Program-made: the position numbers and the translations under genes
Notes under the pieces: generated by a model
The model's input: the letters and a program-made list of their open reading frames with translations, nothing else
Told to the model about the DNA's origin: nothing
Databases searched by the model: none
DNA from: Escherichia coli phage NG_A1
DNA: 64,000 bases
Sequence record: LC788705.1
Reading direction: 5' to 3' (one strand)
In this document: piece by piece, positions 19,235-29,096 of the stretch
Position numbering within the stretch: position 1 is the stretch's first letter
Layout of the letters: each line of letters begins with the position of its first letter

Positions 19235-19907
19235 GTTTCAGGGCAGCCTTAGCAGCTTCGTTAATCAACGTAATAATTTCTTCACGAGTCCACTTATATC
19301 CTAGAGATTTTACGTCTACCCCTAACTTTTCCAGATGTTTAACAGAAGCCAGCTCGTAATTCATATAATGAACGTTCTGTTGTTTGCCTTCTGATAGAAG
19401 CCATACACGGTAACAACCAACAGGGTTATCCATTGCTTTTTTGATTTCACCGATACACTGGTATCCAGGAACCCAAACAAGCTCACCAACTGCAAATTCT
19501 TCTGCTACAGCATCATCAGGAATAATTGGAGGATTCAATGGATCTACAATATCATTCAAACGAAGCAGAGCACCATATCGTTCCAGAACAGATTTAACCA
19601 TTGCTACAGAGCGGTAATTACGATCGGCAATCTCTTCGAAAGAATCACCAGATAAATACTGCTCAATAACGTTAGCTAACTCAATGCCTTCAATGAGTGT
19701 GCCACGTTTCTTTTTCTTCATTTCGGCAACTTGAATCTGGCGGTCTTGCCATTCTTCAATCATCCTTTCCATAGTTGTGTTGGATGATACGCCAAGCATT
19801 TCACATGCTGCTTTCTTAGTACCACCGTTCTCTAGATGCTCTATAACTTTTTTAAAGACTTCATCAGGGATTTCATGGATATGTTTCTTTCTGCGAGAAC
19901 CAGCCAT
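19203..19907 (-). CDS. Helix-turn-helix DNA-binding protein
   Basis: 234 aa; N-terminal HTH-like GGTKKAACEMLGVSSNTTMERMIEEW. Confidence 0.55.
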   Translation of the reverse strand: MAGSRRKKHIHEIPDEVFKKVIEHLENGGTKKAACEMLGVSSNTTMERMIEEWQDRQIQVAEMKKKKRGTLIEGIELANVIEQYLSGDSFEEIADRNYRSVAMVKSVLERYGALLRLNDIVDPLNPPIIPDDAVAEEFAVGELVWVPGYQCIGEIKKAMDNPVGCYRVWLLSEGKQQNVHYMNYELASVKHLEKLGVDVKSLGYKWTREEIITLINEAAKAALKLDKEKGKRRE

Positions 19908-19938
19908 ATTTAAACTCCTCTCTCAAATTTATGAATCT

Positions 19939-19967
19939 ATTATACAGAAAAATTTTCCTGAAAGCAA
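19939..19967 (-). promoter_or_regulatory. Early-type promoter
   Basis: rc reads TTGCTTtcaggaaaatttttctgTATAATagattcataaatttgagagag. Confidence 0.65.
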
Positions 19968-19975
19968 ATAAATTT

Positions 19976-20434
19976 TTAATTTGGATAGAGTTCGGACTTA
20001 AAATTAGCCCTAACTTTTTTAGCCTCTTCTATAGTATTGCACTGCTGGTACTTACGAATAGACCCTTTCTGCATTAGCACACAGTATTTATCGCCCCTCA
20101 TGTAGATATTAGGCTCGCCCAACTTATTGTCTTTACGTACATTAATATTGTGCATTTGCTTAGATCTATTGGAGTCTTCTAAATTCTCTATAAAGTTGCA
20201 ATCTTTAATCCTGTTTTTGTGGTCTATCTCTTCTGGTATATACCCCTTATGATATAAGAATACCAGCTGATGCTCTCCCCAGTGCCTACGCTTAAACCCT
20301 ATTCTTATATACCCTTTATGTTTACCCCCGGCAAACTTACCTACTAGACTCTTCTGTCTTGTTTTCTTCCATTTAAGATGGCCTGTTTCAGGATCATACT
20401 CAAAAGCCTCCCTAACCTCTTCCTGTGTTATCAT
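19976..20434 (-). CDS. HNH homing endonuclease
   Basis: 152 aa; HQLVFLYHKGYIPEEIDHKNRIKDCNFIENL. Confidence 0.7.
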   Translation of the reverse strand: MITQEEVREAFEYDPETGHLKWKKTRQKSLVGKFAGGKHKGYIRIGFKRRHWGEHQLVFLYHKGYIPEEIDHKNRIKDCNFIENLEDSNRSKQMHNINVRKDNKLGEPNIYMRGDKYCVLMQKGSIRKYQQCNTIEEAKKVRANFKSELYPN

Positions 20435-20672
20435 TTTCTTTAATCAATTCTCCCAATTCTCTATAGATTTGATCTAACTCAAAAGATATACGTAATGATA
20501 TACTTTGCTTTCTCTGCTTTAGCAACCATGCGCCTATACCATTTATGGATGCTAGTCTAGCAGGAACCACCCTACATAGCTTTTCCGAAGTATCATAAAC
20601 AGGAACTTTACGTTCTTTTACTGGAAACTTCCTTGTTTCCCATTTTTTATTCTTCACTGTCATTTCTAGCAC
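20412..20672 (-). CDS. Hypothetical protein
   Basis: 86-aa ORF. Confidence 0.4.
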   Translation of the reverse strand: MLEMTVKNKKWETRKFPVKERKVPVYDTSEKLCRVVPARLASINGIGAWLLKQRKQSISLRISFELDQIYRELGELIKENDNTGRG

Positions 20673-23436
20673 CTAGCTCTGACATTGCTTCATCGTGCAT
20701 ATGTTTTTCCTCGTCAGTCATGAACTTATAAGGAATCGGCATACATTCGATTTTACAATAGGTTCTGTACCAGTCTACTATATTTTCAGTGTTCATATCC
20801 TTACCAATACCCATCATACCAAGATACATTCTTGCATATTTTGGATTAGCACTCTGACCTGTTTTAAGGAAGAAGTCCTTCTTCTTACCTTTCAGAGCTT
20901 CTATGAATGGTTTAATGGTCACATTTGAACACTTCTTAATATCTTCCCAGAACATCTCGTGCATCTTATGAAAGAATGCAGCTCGATCATTTGGTTTATC
21001 TTTGATATATTGTTCAACATGCTCAACTGTTACATCTTTAATAGACTCAAGATGATAATAGCGAACAAGAAGTAGTTTAGCTTCATACGCATCTGCATGA
21101 CGTGGGGCACAGTAATCCGGAGTTGAATGTAGGATAGCTTTGATTCGCTCTTCTGTATATTCTTTGCCTGCACCTTCGATAGTTCCCCAGCTTTCACTGA
21201 AAATATCAATAGTTGCACCCTGATCAAGCAAGTAATAACGTAAGGTACTAGTATAGTTCCTAGATTCCAGCTCCCTACGACGTGCGTATAATTGCTGTGC
21301 TAACTCCAGCCAACCCTCATCAATATTATATTGTTCAGAACCTGCGGAGAATCCACTCGTAGATTTATCAATAAAGTAATAAATGTTCTGAGCACCACGG
21401 TCGCGCCTGATTGCTTGGAAACGCATGTTTGGCGCTTGGTTGCTGGTTCTAGTAATAACGAATACGTTATCAAAATAGTTGAAGTCAACGCCACTTGTTA
21501 CGGATGGACTACATAATAAGCAATCAATTTGTTGGTCAATTAGCTCATTAGTTGTGTAATCCAGAATACGTCGAATATCTACATCGGATGTAGAATTTGA
21601 GTGGATTTCCTTAACTAACGCACCCGTATTACGACGCAATGCCATGCCCTTCTCATTCAGTTCATCCGGTCCACAGTCAGATACTAGGATAGATTTCTCA
21701 CCCATCTCTAGAGAAGTCTGAAGTGCAACCCAAATACTGGATTCATCAGGGAACTCATAAGCATGAGCTTTTGACAGCATTTTACGGTGATGATTATAAA
21801 ATGCAACTGGTTTATCAAACTCAATCAAAGAACCATATGCTTCAATTGTTTCTGCACTAATATCCCCATCAGATAATATAATGATTTTTGCAGTTGCAAG
21901 AATATCCCGAAGAACCTGAATACATTCACGACGTTGTTTAACAACCGGGGCGAATAATAGGTCGTTCATTACTGCATCACATTCATCGATAAAGATTGCA
22001 TCAATTTGACCAATAAAACTCTTGAACTTATGCAAAGAGTGAATAGTTGTGGACATACGGTCAATAGCACCACGCTTAAAATTAAGCATATCTACAGACT
22101 TATCGTATTGTCCTGCACTAAATTTCTTAGCATTTGAAGATACCAGTGCTCTAGTATTGGTAATTGCTAAAAAATTACCTTTAATAACTCCTGAATCTAA
22201 CCAACGCACAACCGCCGTGGTTTTACCTGTGCCTAAACTCGCTTTTACAAAAGTCATATAACCTTCTGGTGGCACAGTATTTAGTTTCAAGAAATTATCA
22301 GTTTCTAGAGAATTAGTTTCTAGCTTTTTAAGTGGAATACCTTTTAAAATATCGGGTATATCGCGTTTAGAATTATTAACAAACGCTTTCAGAGCCTGCT
22401 TACGACCGTTATTAAAATAATCTTGAATATTACGACTGTTATCTTTAGTTGCGATATATTCTGATAAGGCTGGACGGATTTCTTTTTCTAGCCATGCAAA
22501 ATCAACACCATCCTCTAATGCTCTATGGTATAGTTTGGGGATAATACGCAAGTACACCCCATCCTCAGCTTCTTCTAGTTCGCTGATAGTTTCCTCTACT
22601 TTATCAGAGGCAGCTTTTTTACCTTTAATTTGATCGAGTAAAGAGTAAAACTCCTCCTTAAACTCACCTCTAGTTGTTTCATAGTCAACCAGATTATTTG
22701 GTAAATTTACTTTAGAACCTTTAACAAATACCAGACGTGAAGCACCCTCCGCTTTAAACGGATCTACTATACCATCGGTAAATAACGGATCTGCAAAATA
22801 ATGGAGCTGTACGGAAGAGTAATAAGCTAAGTCGGCAATATCAAAGCCGTACTTTTGTCTACTACTTTCATTGATAGATGTAAATAAGAATTTGATTTGA
22901 CCCTGAGTTACTTTAACATTAGATTCTAGTATTAAGTGCATTCGGATACCTGGTTTTAGCCCAGCCGAAGACGATGCATGAGCGATAAACCCTGCATCAA
23001 GAGGAAACATATCCTCACTAATACTATTTAACATCCTAATAATATGTCGAGCCATGCCAACAAGATCAAACTTGTTACAACCACCTGTATCTACAATACC
23101 ATCCACGTCCATTGCAATTATATGACTTGGGTTAGATACATTAAAGTTGCCCTTCTTACGTCGCACATTATTTTTAGGTGCAAGACATCGACCTCGTACC
23201 GCAACGATATGAGGGTCAGACGTTAAACGTCTCATAAGAGGAAGCATTTCTACTAGGGTTTGAGGATCAACTTCATCAATTACATCAAACTTGAAGGGCA
23301 TTGAGGCTGGTTTACCTTCAGGATGCTTTGAGGAAAATCTTTTAGCAAAAAGATAGTCTTCTGCTTTAACTTCTCGCCAATTGCCTGTGGCTAAATCGCG
23401 ATGAAATCCTGCATGACCTTGTAGGATTGAGAACAT
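20647..23436 (-). CDS. Large P-loop NTPase, putative replication initiation / origin-binding (primase-helicase-like) protein
   Basis: Walker A SLGTGKTTAV mid-protein; start moved to MFSILQGH preceded by AGGAG (track start 23514 has no RBS). Confidence 0.65.
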   Translation of the reverse strand: MFSILQGHAGFHRDLATGNWREVKAEDYLFAKRFSSKHPEGKPASMPFKFDVIDEVDPQTLVEMLPLMRRLTSDPHIVAVRGRCLAPKNNVRRKKGNFNVSNPSHIIAMDVDGIVDTGGCNKFDLVGMARHIIRMLNSISEDMFPLDAGFIAHASSSAGLKPGIRMHLILESNVKVTQGQIKFLFTSINESSRQKYGFDIADLAYYSSVQLHYFADPLFTDGIVDPFKAEGASRLVFVKGSKVNLPNNLVDYETTRGEFKEEFYSLLDQIKGKKAASDKVEETISELEEAEDGVYLRIIPKLYHRALEDGVDFAWLEKEIRPALSEYIATKDNSRNIQDYFNNGRKQALKAFVNNSKRDIPDILKGIPLKKLETNSLETDNFLKLNTVPPEGYMTFVKASLGTGKTTAVVRWLDSGVIKGNFLAITNTRALVSSNAKKFSAGQYDKSVDMLNFKRGAIDRMSTTIHSLHKFKSFIGQIDAIFIDECDAVMNDLLFAPVVKQRRECIQVLRDILATAKIIILSDGDISAETIEAYGSLIEFDKPVAFYNHHRKMLSKAHAYEFPDESSIWVALQTSLEMGEKSILVSDCGPDELNEKGMALRRNTGALVKEIHSNSTSDVDIRRILDYTTNELIDQQIDCLLCSPSVTSGVDFNYFDNVFVITRTSNQAPNMRFQAIRRDRGAQNIYYFIDKSTSGFSAGSEQYNIDEGWLELAQQLYARRRELESRNYTSTLRYYLLDQGATIDIFSESWGTIEGAGKEYTEERIKAILHSTPDYCAPRHADAYEAKLLLVRYYHLESIKDVTVEHVEQYIKDKPNDRAAFFHKMHEMFWEDIKKCSNVTIKPFIEALKGKKKDFFLKTGQSANPKYARMYLGMMGIGKDMNTENIVDWYRTYCKIECMPIPYKFMTDEEKHMHDEAMSELGARNDSEE

Positions 23437-23935
23437 AACAATACTCCTGTGTTGGAAATAAAATAAGTTTTCTTTAGGACTATTCAGAAAGAATAGAACA
23501 ACTGTTACTGTCAATTTCTCAACAAATTAATCGCAAATACTGAAGTGGGGTGGCAACTTCCACTTTCACGCTGCGCTGCTGCTTTGCTATATCGCACAAA
23601 TCCTTGAGGATGGCCGCTAAGCCAGATTTGCTCACCTAATGCTTCATATACTAGCTCATACTAGATGCAATATAACTTACAGAATCACGTCTCGGAGTTT
23701 TTCACTCCTCCCATCTCACTTCACAACCACCTCATACTAGGTTGCTTCGAGGCCTTACCAGGGTTCCTATGGGACGCAGATCGCTAAGTATTCTATTAAC
23801 TATTTGTTTAAAAACTAACACGTAACAGTTAAAACAACCCTTAATGGGGCAGCCTAACTGTTCCGTATCGCGGATTGTAAACAAGAAAAATTAGCAAAAT
23901 CAATTTTTACTAATGTCTCTCAATTCAATATAAAT

Positions 23936-23964
23936 ATTATATCAAGATTTTGGGCATCCTGCAA
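23936..23964 (-). promoter_or_regulatory. Early-type promoter about 480 nt upstream of the NTPase gene
   Basis: rc reads TTGCAGgatgcccaaaatcttgaTATAATatttatattgaattgagagac. Confidence 0.55.
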
Positions 23965-24055
23965 GTAAAATTTTCCGGATGGTGCTATCATTGGTCTTGA
24001 GTACGGATAAAACCGAGCCAAAATGACTCGGTAATCAGAGTTCAGCTAATAAAAA

Positions 24056-24448
24056 TCATTCATCATTTAAGCCTGGAACATAAATCCCAACACGGTTTAA
24101 TTGTTCTTTAGCTTCTTTGAGAATATCTGGAGTGTACTCCCAAATATCATCTTCCACCTGTAAAAGATGGGGCGAACAACCATCATCCGACACACGACAT
24201 ATGGCCAAACCACGTGGGTGGAACAAAGAGAAATTTAGGGCAACAATTAAACCCATAGCAGACAACTCATTCCAATCCAACTCCCATTCCCCCGCGTAGC
24301 CGGATAGGAAAACACCAACACAGGGATCATCTATTTGCTGCTCCGGAAAAGTGAAGGAGGCTTGTCTTACCCCCAACCAACGTTGCAGCAGCTTCTCCCC
24401 ACGTTTCACCAAACTAGGATCAATCTGACGCCAATATACTTGTTCCAT
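24056..24448 (-). CDS. Hypothetical protein, paralog of 24458..24886
   Basis: 130 aa; shares ...GW.ELD.MGL..ALN..LF.P...PG... with its neighbour. Confidence 0.5.
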   Translation of the reverse strand: MEQVYWRQIDPSLVKRGEKLLQRWLGVRQASFTFPEQQIDDPCVGVFLSGYAGEWELDWNELSAMGLIVALNFSLFHPRGLAICRVSDDGCSPHLLQVEDDIWEYTPDILKEAKEQLNRVGIYVPGLNDE

Positions 24449-24457
24449 TCTGCCTCC

Positions 24458-24886
24458 TTAAGCAGTTAAACCTGGGATCATATACCCGAAACGTCGAAGT
24501 TTCTGAATCCCCTCATTTACTTCTTCCGGTGAGTAAGACCAACCATAACGTTCATTAACCTGAAAACCAGGAGATTCACTAGTTTTATAGTTAACAACAA
24601 GGCGATGCTTAGCAGGCATAAACAGCTTATAATTTAACGCAAAAACTAAGCCCATTTCGTCTAACTCTTTCCAGCCCACAATCTCTTCAAGACCCTCCTC
24701 TACCTGCACAATTAAACCAATACAGGGAGCCTCATCAATATCATCTTTAAAAGCAAAGGAGATTTCGTTATTCTCACACCATATTTTCAAAGAGTTAATA
24801 GCCTCATTATACAGGCTAGCTGGGAGAGTACGCCAAAAGTTAGCCAAAATTGGGTTAGCTTTTTTAGAGAATACATTATTGAACAT
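24458..24886 (-). CDS. Hypothetical protein, paralog of 24056..24448
   Basis: 142 aa. Confidence 0.5.
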   Translation of the reverse strand: MFNNVFSKKANPILANFWRTLPASLYNEAINSLKIWCENNEISFAFKDDIDEAPCIGLIVQVEEGLEEIVGWKELDEMGLVFALNYKLFMPAKHRLVVNYKTSESPGFQVNERYGWSYSPEEVNEGIQKLRRFGYMIPGLTA

Positions 24887-24888
24887 AT

Positions 24889-25395
24889 TTACACCTTAAA
24901 TTGTTGCAAGGATTTACACATTTCAAGATCTGGGCTAAATTCTAGCATATAGCTAACAGCTTTTAAATCTTGAAGATTTATCCCAGTCCTACCATTGACT
25001 ATAACCGTTGGATACTGGTACATCATAGCACCAGCGTCATCCAGAACACACCAATGTTTGAGCTTATGCTTTTCAACGAAGCGAAGAACAGAATTACCCC
25101 TAGATAATCCACCCCCAGTAAAATCCGTTGTACCAAGAAAACGATCGATAAGACCTAATCCGGTCATAATCTGAACGTTCTCCATCTCATTCCTGACAGA
25201 GAACCATGAGGATACTCCAACAATCATTATCGGAGAAGGACGAATAAAGTCCTGAAAAGCCTTGAGAAGCGGTTTGAAAACCCAATCACTTCCAAAGAAA
25301 ATCTTTTCGTCATCAGGTGCATGATGGTGGGAGATGCTCGAATTGAGCACCCCATCAATATCTAGAAAAATAATTGGAGTATTACTTATTTCCAT
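24889..25395 (-). CDS. HAD-superfamily phosphatase-like protein
   Basis: 168 aa; motif I IIFLDIDGVLNS. Confidence 0.55.
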   Translation of the reverse strand: MEISNTPIIFLDIDGVLNSSISHHHAPDDEKIFFGSDWVFKPLLKAFQDFIRPSPIMIVGVSSWFSVRNEMENVQIMTGLGLIDRFLGTTDFTGGGLSRGNSVLRFVEKHKLKHWCVLDDAGAMMYQYPTVIVNGRTGINLQDLKAVSYMLEFSPDLEMCKSLQQFKV

Positions 25396-25591
25396 TTTTG
25401 TTCCTTTCTAAGAACCTATCATACTCAACCGTATCAACATATATAACACCATAGTCATCGGATTTATAGTCCATCTCCCACAGCTCACAGCGATAGCACC
25501 AACTACCATCCGCCCATACAAATATATCATCGGGGTGTGTATACACAGATTTAACTATGGACATACCTGTTTCCCTTGCTTCTCGACACAT
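25382..25591 (-). CDS. Hypothetical small protein
   Basis: 69-aa ORF. Confidence 0.35.
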   Translation of the reverse strand: MCREARETGMSIVKSVYTHPDDIFVWADGSWCYRCELWEMDYKSDDYGVIYVDTVEYDRFLERNKNGNK

Positions 25592-26387
25592 AAGGTCTAC
25601 CCTCTAAATGAGCTTCTACACGAGCAATAAAATCAGGATCACTAAAAGCATCTACCGCACCTTTACTCCAGTAAGGGACACCACGTTCTTCCAGCTGGTA
25701 CATCTCACTACGAGTCATACCTTGATAGCCCGGTTCCGCCGCGAGGGCACTATCATAGTAGTTAACTACCATAAATTTCGCAGCAGTCCTATTAAGAACA
25801 GGAAATAATTCCCAGTAGAAGTTAATTACTTGGTTAGAGCAACCAACCACAATGATCATATCTTGACTGGTAATACCATCAAAAACATTATACATTTCTG
25901 CGTATGCAGGAGCATGCTCTCCAAAGAAGATTACATTAGGTTTAACCCATTTATAATCATCTGGATCAATAGAATTGTATCCTACATCAATAATCCGTTT
26001 ATTGCTACTATTGTAGCTATCAGCTACAACAACCTCTTTTAAATATCCGTGAATATGCAGAATGTCACTATGTGGAACGCCAGCACGCTCAATAAGGTCA
26101 TCAACGTTGGTAGTCAAGTTTACTACTTGACCTGGATATTGTTTATACCATTCACCAATACGCAAATGCGCAAGATTGGGTTCAACAGTTTTTAGCTCTT
26201 CACGACGCTTGTTGTAAAACATATGGGTTTTATGATAAAAATTACCACGAAAGGCATGAATATTACATACTTCTTCTAGATCATAGTCATCCCACAATGC
26301 TTTACCACTAGCAGTATCAGTACGGAAGGCTCGTACACCACTTTCAACACTCAAACCCGCACCACTAATAATAATTAATCTACGCAT
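25551..26387 (-). CDS. Sir2 (sirtuin)-like NAD-dependent protein, no obvious Zn module
   Basis: 278 aa; GAGLSVESGVRAFR, TTNVDDLIERAG, HIHG, NVIFFGE motifs. Confidence 0.65.
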   Translation of the reverse strand: MRRLIIISGAGLSVESGVRAFRTDTASGKALWDDYDLEEVCNIHAFRGNFYHKTHMFYNKRREELKTVEPNLAHLRIGEWYKQYPGQVVNLTTNVDDLIERAGVPHSDILHIHGYLKEVVVADSYNSSNKRIIDVGYNSIDPDDYKWVKPNVIFFGEHAPAYAEMYNVFDGITSQDMIIVVGCSNQVINFYWELFPVLNRTAAKFMVVNYYDSALAAEPGYQGMTRSEMYQLEERGVPYWSKGAVDAFSDPDFIARVEAHLEGRPYVSRSKGNRYVHS

Positions 26388-26601
26388 TTTTCACCTGTTC
26401 TCTGAAGTTTTGCCCAATACTGTCTAATAGCTCAGCTAATTCTTTATTGCCTTTCTCCATTAAGGTATTAGCAATAACTTCTAGCATAGTAGCGCAGGAT
26501 TCAACACCATCCTTATAGCCAGTTTCCCAGTGCTGCATTAATGCGTTTTCCAAAGCGGCGTTTAAACCCTTATCTGGTAGCATCGGCTTCGAGAATGCCA
26601 T
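26380..26601 (-). CDS. Hypothetical protein
   Basis: 73-aa ORF. Confidence 0.4.
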   Translation of the reverse strand: MAFSKPMLPDKGLNAALENALMQHWETGYKDGVESCATMLEVIANTLMEKGNKELAELLDSIGQNFREQVKNA

Positions 26602-26794
26602 AAAGTTTCTCCTCTAGTTCCATAACACGATTTTCATAAGAGGCACGCAACTTTTCAATTGCCAGCGCACGCACTGTAACCTCATTAGAATTAATAGCTA
26701 ACTGGGCCAGATCTTCTGTTTCCATACGTCCATTGTAAATTAAGCGATATTTAAGATGTTTTACATTCTTAGTCATTATTAAACTCCACTGCAA
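26570..26794 (-). CDS. Hypothetical protein
   Basis: 74-aa ORF, start uncertain. Confidence 0.35.
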   Translation of the reverse strand: MQWSLIMTKNVKHLKYRLIYNGRMETEDLAQLAINSNEVTVRALAIEKLRASYENRVMELEEKLYGILEADATR

Positions 26795-27149
26795 CTGTTT
26801 CTAGGTCTTCATCAGAAAAATTAGAGTATACATCTTTAAGATATTGTTTAATGCCTTCAGTAATATCTTCGTATCCCTCAGGACTACGTTGGTATACTTT
26901 TAGTACTCTATTATAAACAAATTCAATATCATACTTTATTTCACCCTCATCCTCTTCAAACAAGCAATCTGAGTTATACGGTGATACATCTAGATTTGTT
27001 TCTACCCAATCACCAATAATTGATGAATATCCAATACCCTCTAGATGGGAATAATCTCCAGTAGATGCAAAAATAGCTTCTCTAAGATCGTCTACGCCAA
27101 GATGGAAACCACCACATGTAGACTCAACTATATAGGGCTTTAATTCCAT
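26769..27149 (-). CDS. Highly acidic hypothetical protein (first gene after an early promoter)
   Basis: 126 aa, rich in D/E and aromatics. Confidence 0.5.
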   Translation of the reverse strand: MELKPYIVESTCGGFHLGVDDLREAIFASTGDYSHLEGIGYSSIIGDWVETNLDVSPYNSDCLFEEDEGEIKYDIEFVYNRVLKVYQRSPEGYEDITEGIKQYLKDVYSNFSDEDLETVAVEFNND

Positions 27150-27177
27150 ATCTTTCTCCTCTCAAATTTATAAATCT

Positions 27178-27206
27178 ATTATATATAAATTTTTGGCTGA
27201 AAGCAA
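27178..27206 (-). promoter_or_regulatory. Early-type promoter
   Basis: rc reads TTGCTTtcagccaaaaatttataTATAATagatttataaatttgagaggag. Confidence 0.65.
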
Positions 27207-27248
27207 ATAAAATAAAAGCCAGGTCGACTAGCAACCCGGCTGATTAGC

Positions 27249-29096
27249 TTATTTAGCTCGAATATCCTGATGTTTCACCCTGCCCATCACCTCGTGCTGT
27301 TTGCCAGGGTTAAATGGACGAGCACCCGGATTTCCAAGATACCCACAAACTCGACGAGTTACTTCAAGAGTTTCGGGGTCATGATTACCACAGATAGGGC
27401 ACTTAAATCCATCTTCGGATGCTATTGTTTCACCTAAGAATCCACATTTACCACAAGAATCCACTGGAGTATTAATACCGAAGTAATGAACTTTACTAGC
27501 AGCATAATTAATAACCCATTCCAGTGCATCTGGGAATCGTTTCATATCTGGTAGTTCTACATAGGAAATGCACCCACCAGAAGCAATCGGAGTAAAATTA
27601 GATTCATAATCAAATTTCACATTGGGAGCAACTTTGCGTTCTACATCAAGGTGGTGCGAGTTAGTGTAGTATCCTTTAGACAGAATATCTTCATGCTCCG
27701 GGAAATATTCACGGTCTAGACGACAAAAACGATCACATAGGGATTCTGATGGTGTAGCATACAGGCTATAACCTAACTTAGTTTCTTCCTTCTTCTGATC
27801 GACTCTATCCCGCATGTACTGCAATACACGCTGAACAAATTTGATGCAGGTCTCGGACATTGTGTCCACATCTTTGCCAAACATGAACTGTAGCATTTCA
27901 TGGCAACCAATATACCCTAGAGATACAGAAGCACGGTTATAGAAATGATCAAATACATATTCATCAGGCTCCAAGCGTAACCCAAAGGCTCCTGACATAT
28001 AGAGGATGGGTGCAGCTTTAGCTTGGATGTATTTTAAGCGATCAACTCTCCACTCCAATGCTTTTAACGCTGTATCCACACGTAGCTCAAGCAAATCAAA
28101 GAATAGATCAATATTTCCTTCAGCTTCGATAGCAATTCTAGGCAAGTTTACAGAAACAACACCTAAGTTATTACGACCGGCAGTTTCACCATCTTCTGTA
28201 GCAGCTAGGAATGAACGGCAACCCATAGAAACTTTATAGTCTCCAGTAACTTCCACAACCTTATCATAGCTGATATAATCTGGATACATACGTTCAGACG
28301 TACATTTCATAGCTAACTTCTTGATGTCATAATTAACATCTCCTGGTTTCATATTTACGCCATCACGAAGTACAAATACCAGTTTCGGGAAGATAGCTGT
28401 ACGTTTATTGATACCTAAACCATCCATGCGTACTTTCAGTATTGCTTTCTGTACTAGACGTGCTTCCCAAGAAGTTCCTAGACCAAAACCAAAGGTAATA
28501 AATGGACTCTGACCGTTAGAGTTGAACATCGTATTGATTTCATACTCTAGACCCTGACAGGCATCATAGACTTCCTTTTCAGTCATCTCCGTAGCCATTA
28601 CGGATGCTTTGGCTTCATCCTTAGTCCAACGTTTTGCAAACGCATGATTTTTGTCATATGATTTACGAACATAAGGGGCTAATACTTCATCAAGGCGGTC
28701 TACAGAAGTACCACCATACTGATGGGAGCTAACCTGAGTGATAATCTGAGCAGTAATAGCCGCCGCAGTAGTGATAGAGTTTGGAGTGCTAATTTCAGCA
28801 TTACCAACCTTCATACCATTCTTCAACATATCTTCCAAAGCTACCAGACAACAGTTAGTCATGCCTAATGCAGCATAATCAGCATCATGGAAATGAATAT
28901 CCCCAATCATATGAGCATTTCGAATCTGGATTGGCATTTCTTCTAGAATTAGATACTTACTCAATTCACCTGCAAGCATATCCCTTTGTGTAGGGAAACG
29001 TTCTGAGGGTTTATTAGCATTATTAAACAGCAGCTCTTCATCTGCTGACCCTTCGATAATCTCTTTGCAGTTTCTAATCAATTCATCTTTGTTCAT
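27249..29096 (-). CDS. nrdD: Anaerobic ribonucleoside-triphosphate reductase (class III, NrdD)
   Basis: 615 aa; C-terminal glycyl-radical motif TRRVCGYLG, Cys-rich zinc site CGKCGF...CPICG. Confidence 0.9.
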   Translation of the reverse strand: MNKDELIRNCKEIIEGSADEELLFNNANKPSERFPTQRDMLAGELSKYLILEEMPIQIRNAHMIGDIHFHDADYAALGMTNCCLVALEDMLKNGMKVGNAEISTPNSITTAAAITAQIITQVSSHQYGGTSVDRLDEVLAPYVRKSYDKNHAFAKRWTKDEAKASVMATEMTEKEVYDACQGLEYEINTMFNSNGQSPFITFGFGLGTSWEARLVQKAILKVRMDGLGINKRTAIFPKLVFVLRDGVNMKPGDVNYDIKKLAMKCTSERMYPDYISYDKVVEVTGDYKVSMGCRSFLAATEDGETAGRNNLGVVSVNLPRIAIEAEGNIDLFFDLLELRVDTALKALEWRVDRLKYIQAKAAPILYMSGAFGLRLEPDEYVFDHFYNRASVSLGYIGCHEMLQFMFGKDVDTMSETCIKFVQRVLQYMRDRVDQKKEETKLGYSLYATPSESLCDRFCRLDREYFPEHEDILSKGYYTNSHHLDVERKVAPNVKFDYESNFTPIASGGCISYVELPDMKRFPDALEWVINYAASKVHYFGINTPVDSCGKCGFLGETIASEDGFKCPICGNHDPETLEVTRRVCGYLGNPGARPFNPGKQHEVMGRVKHQDIRAK

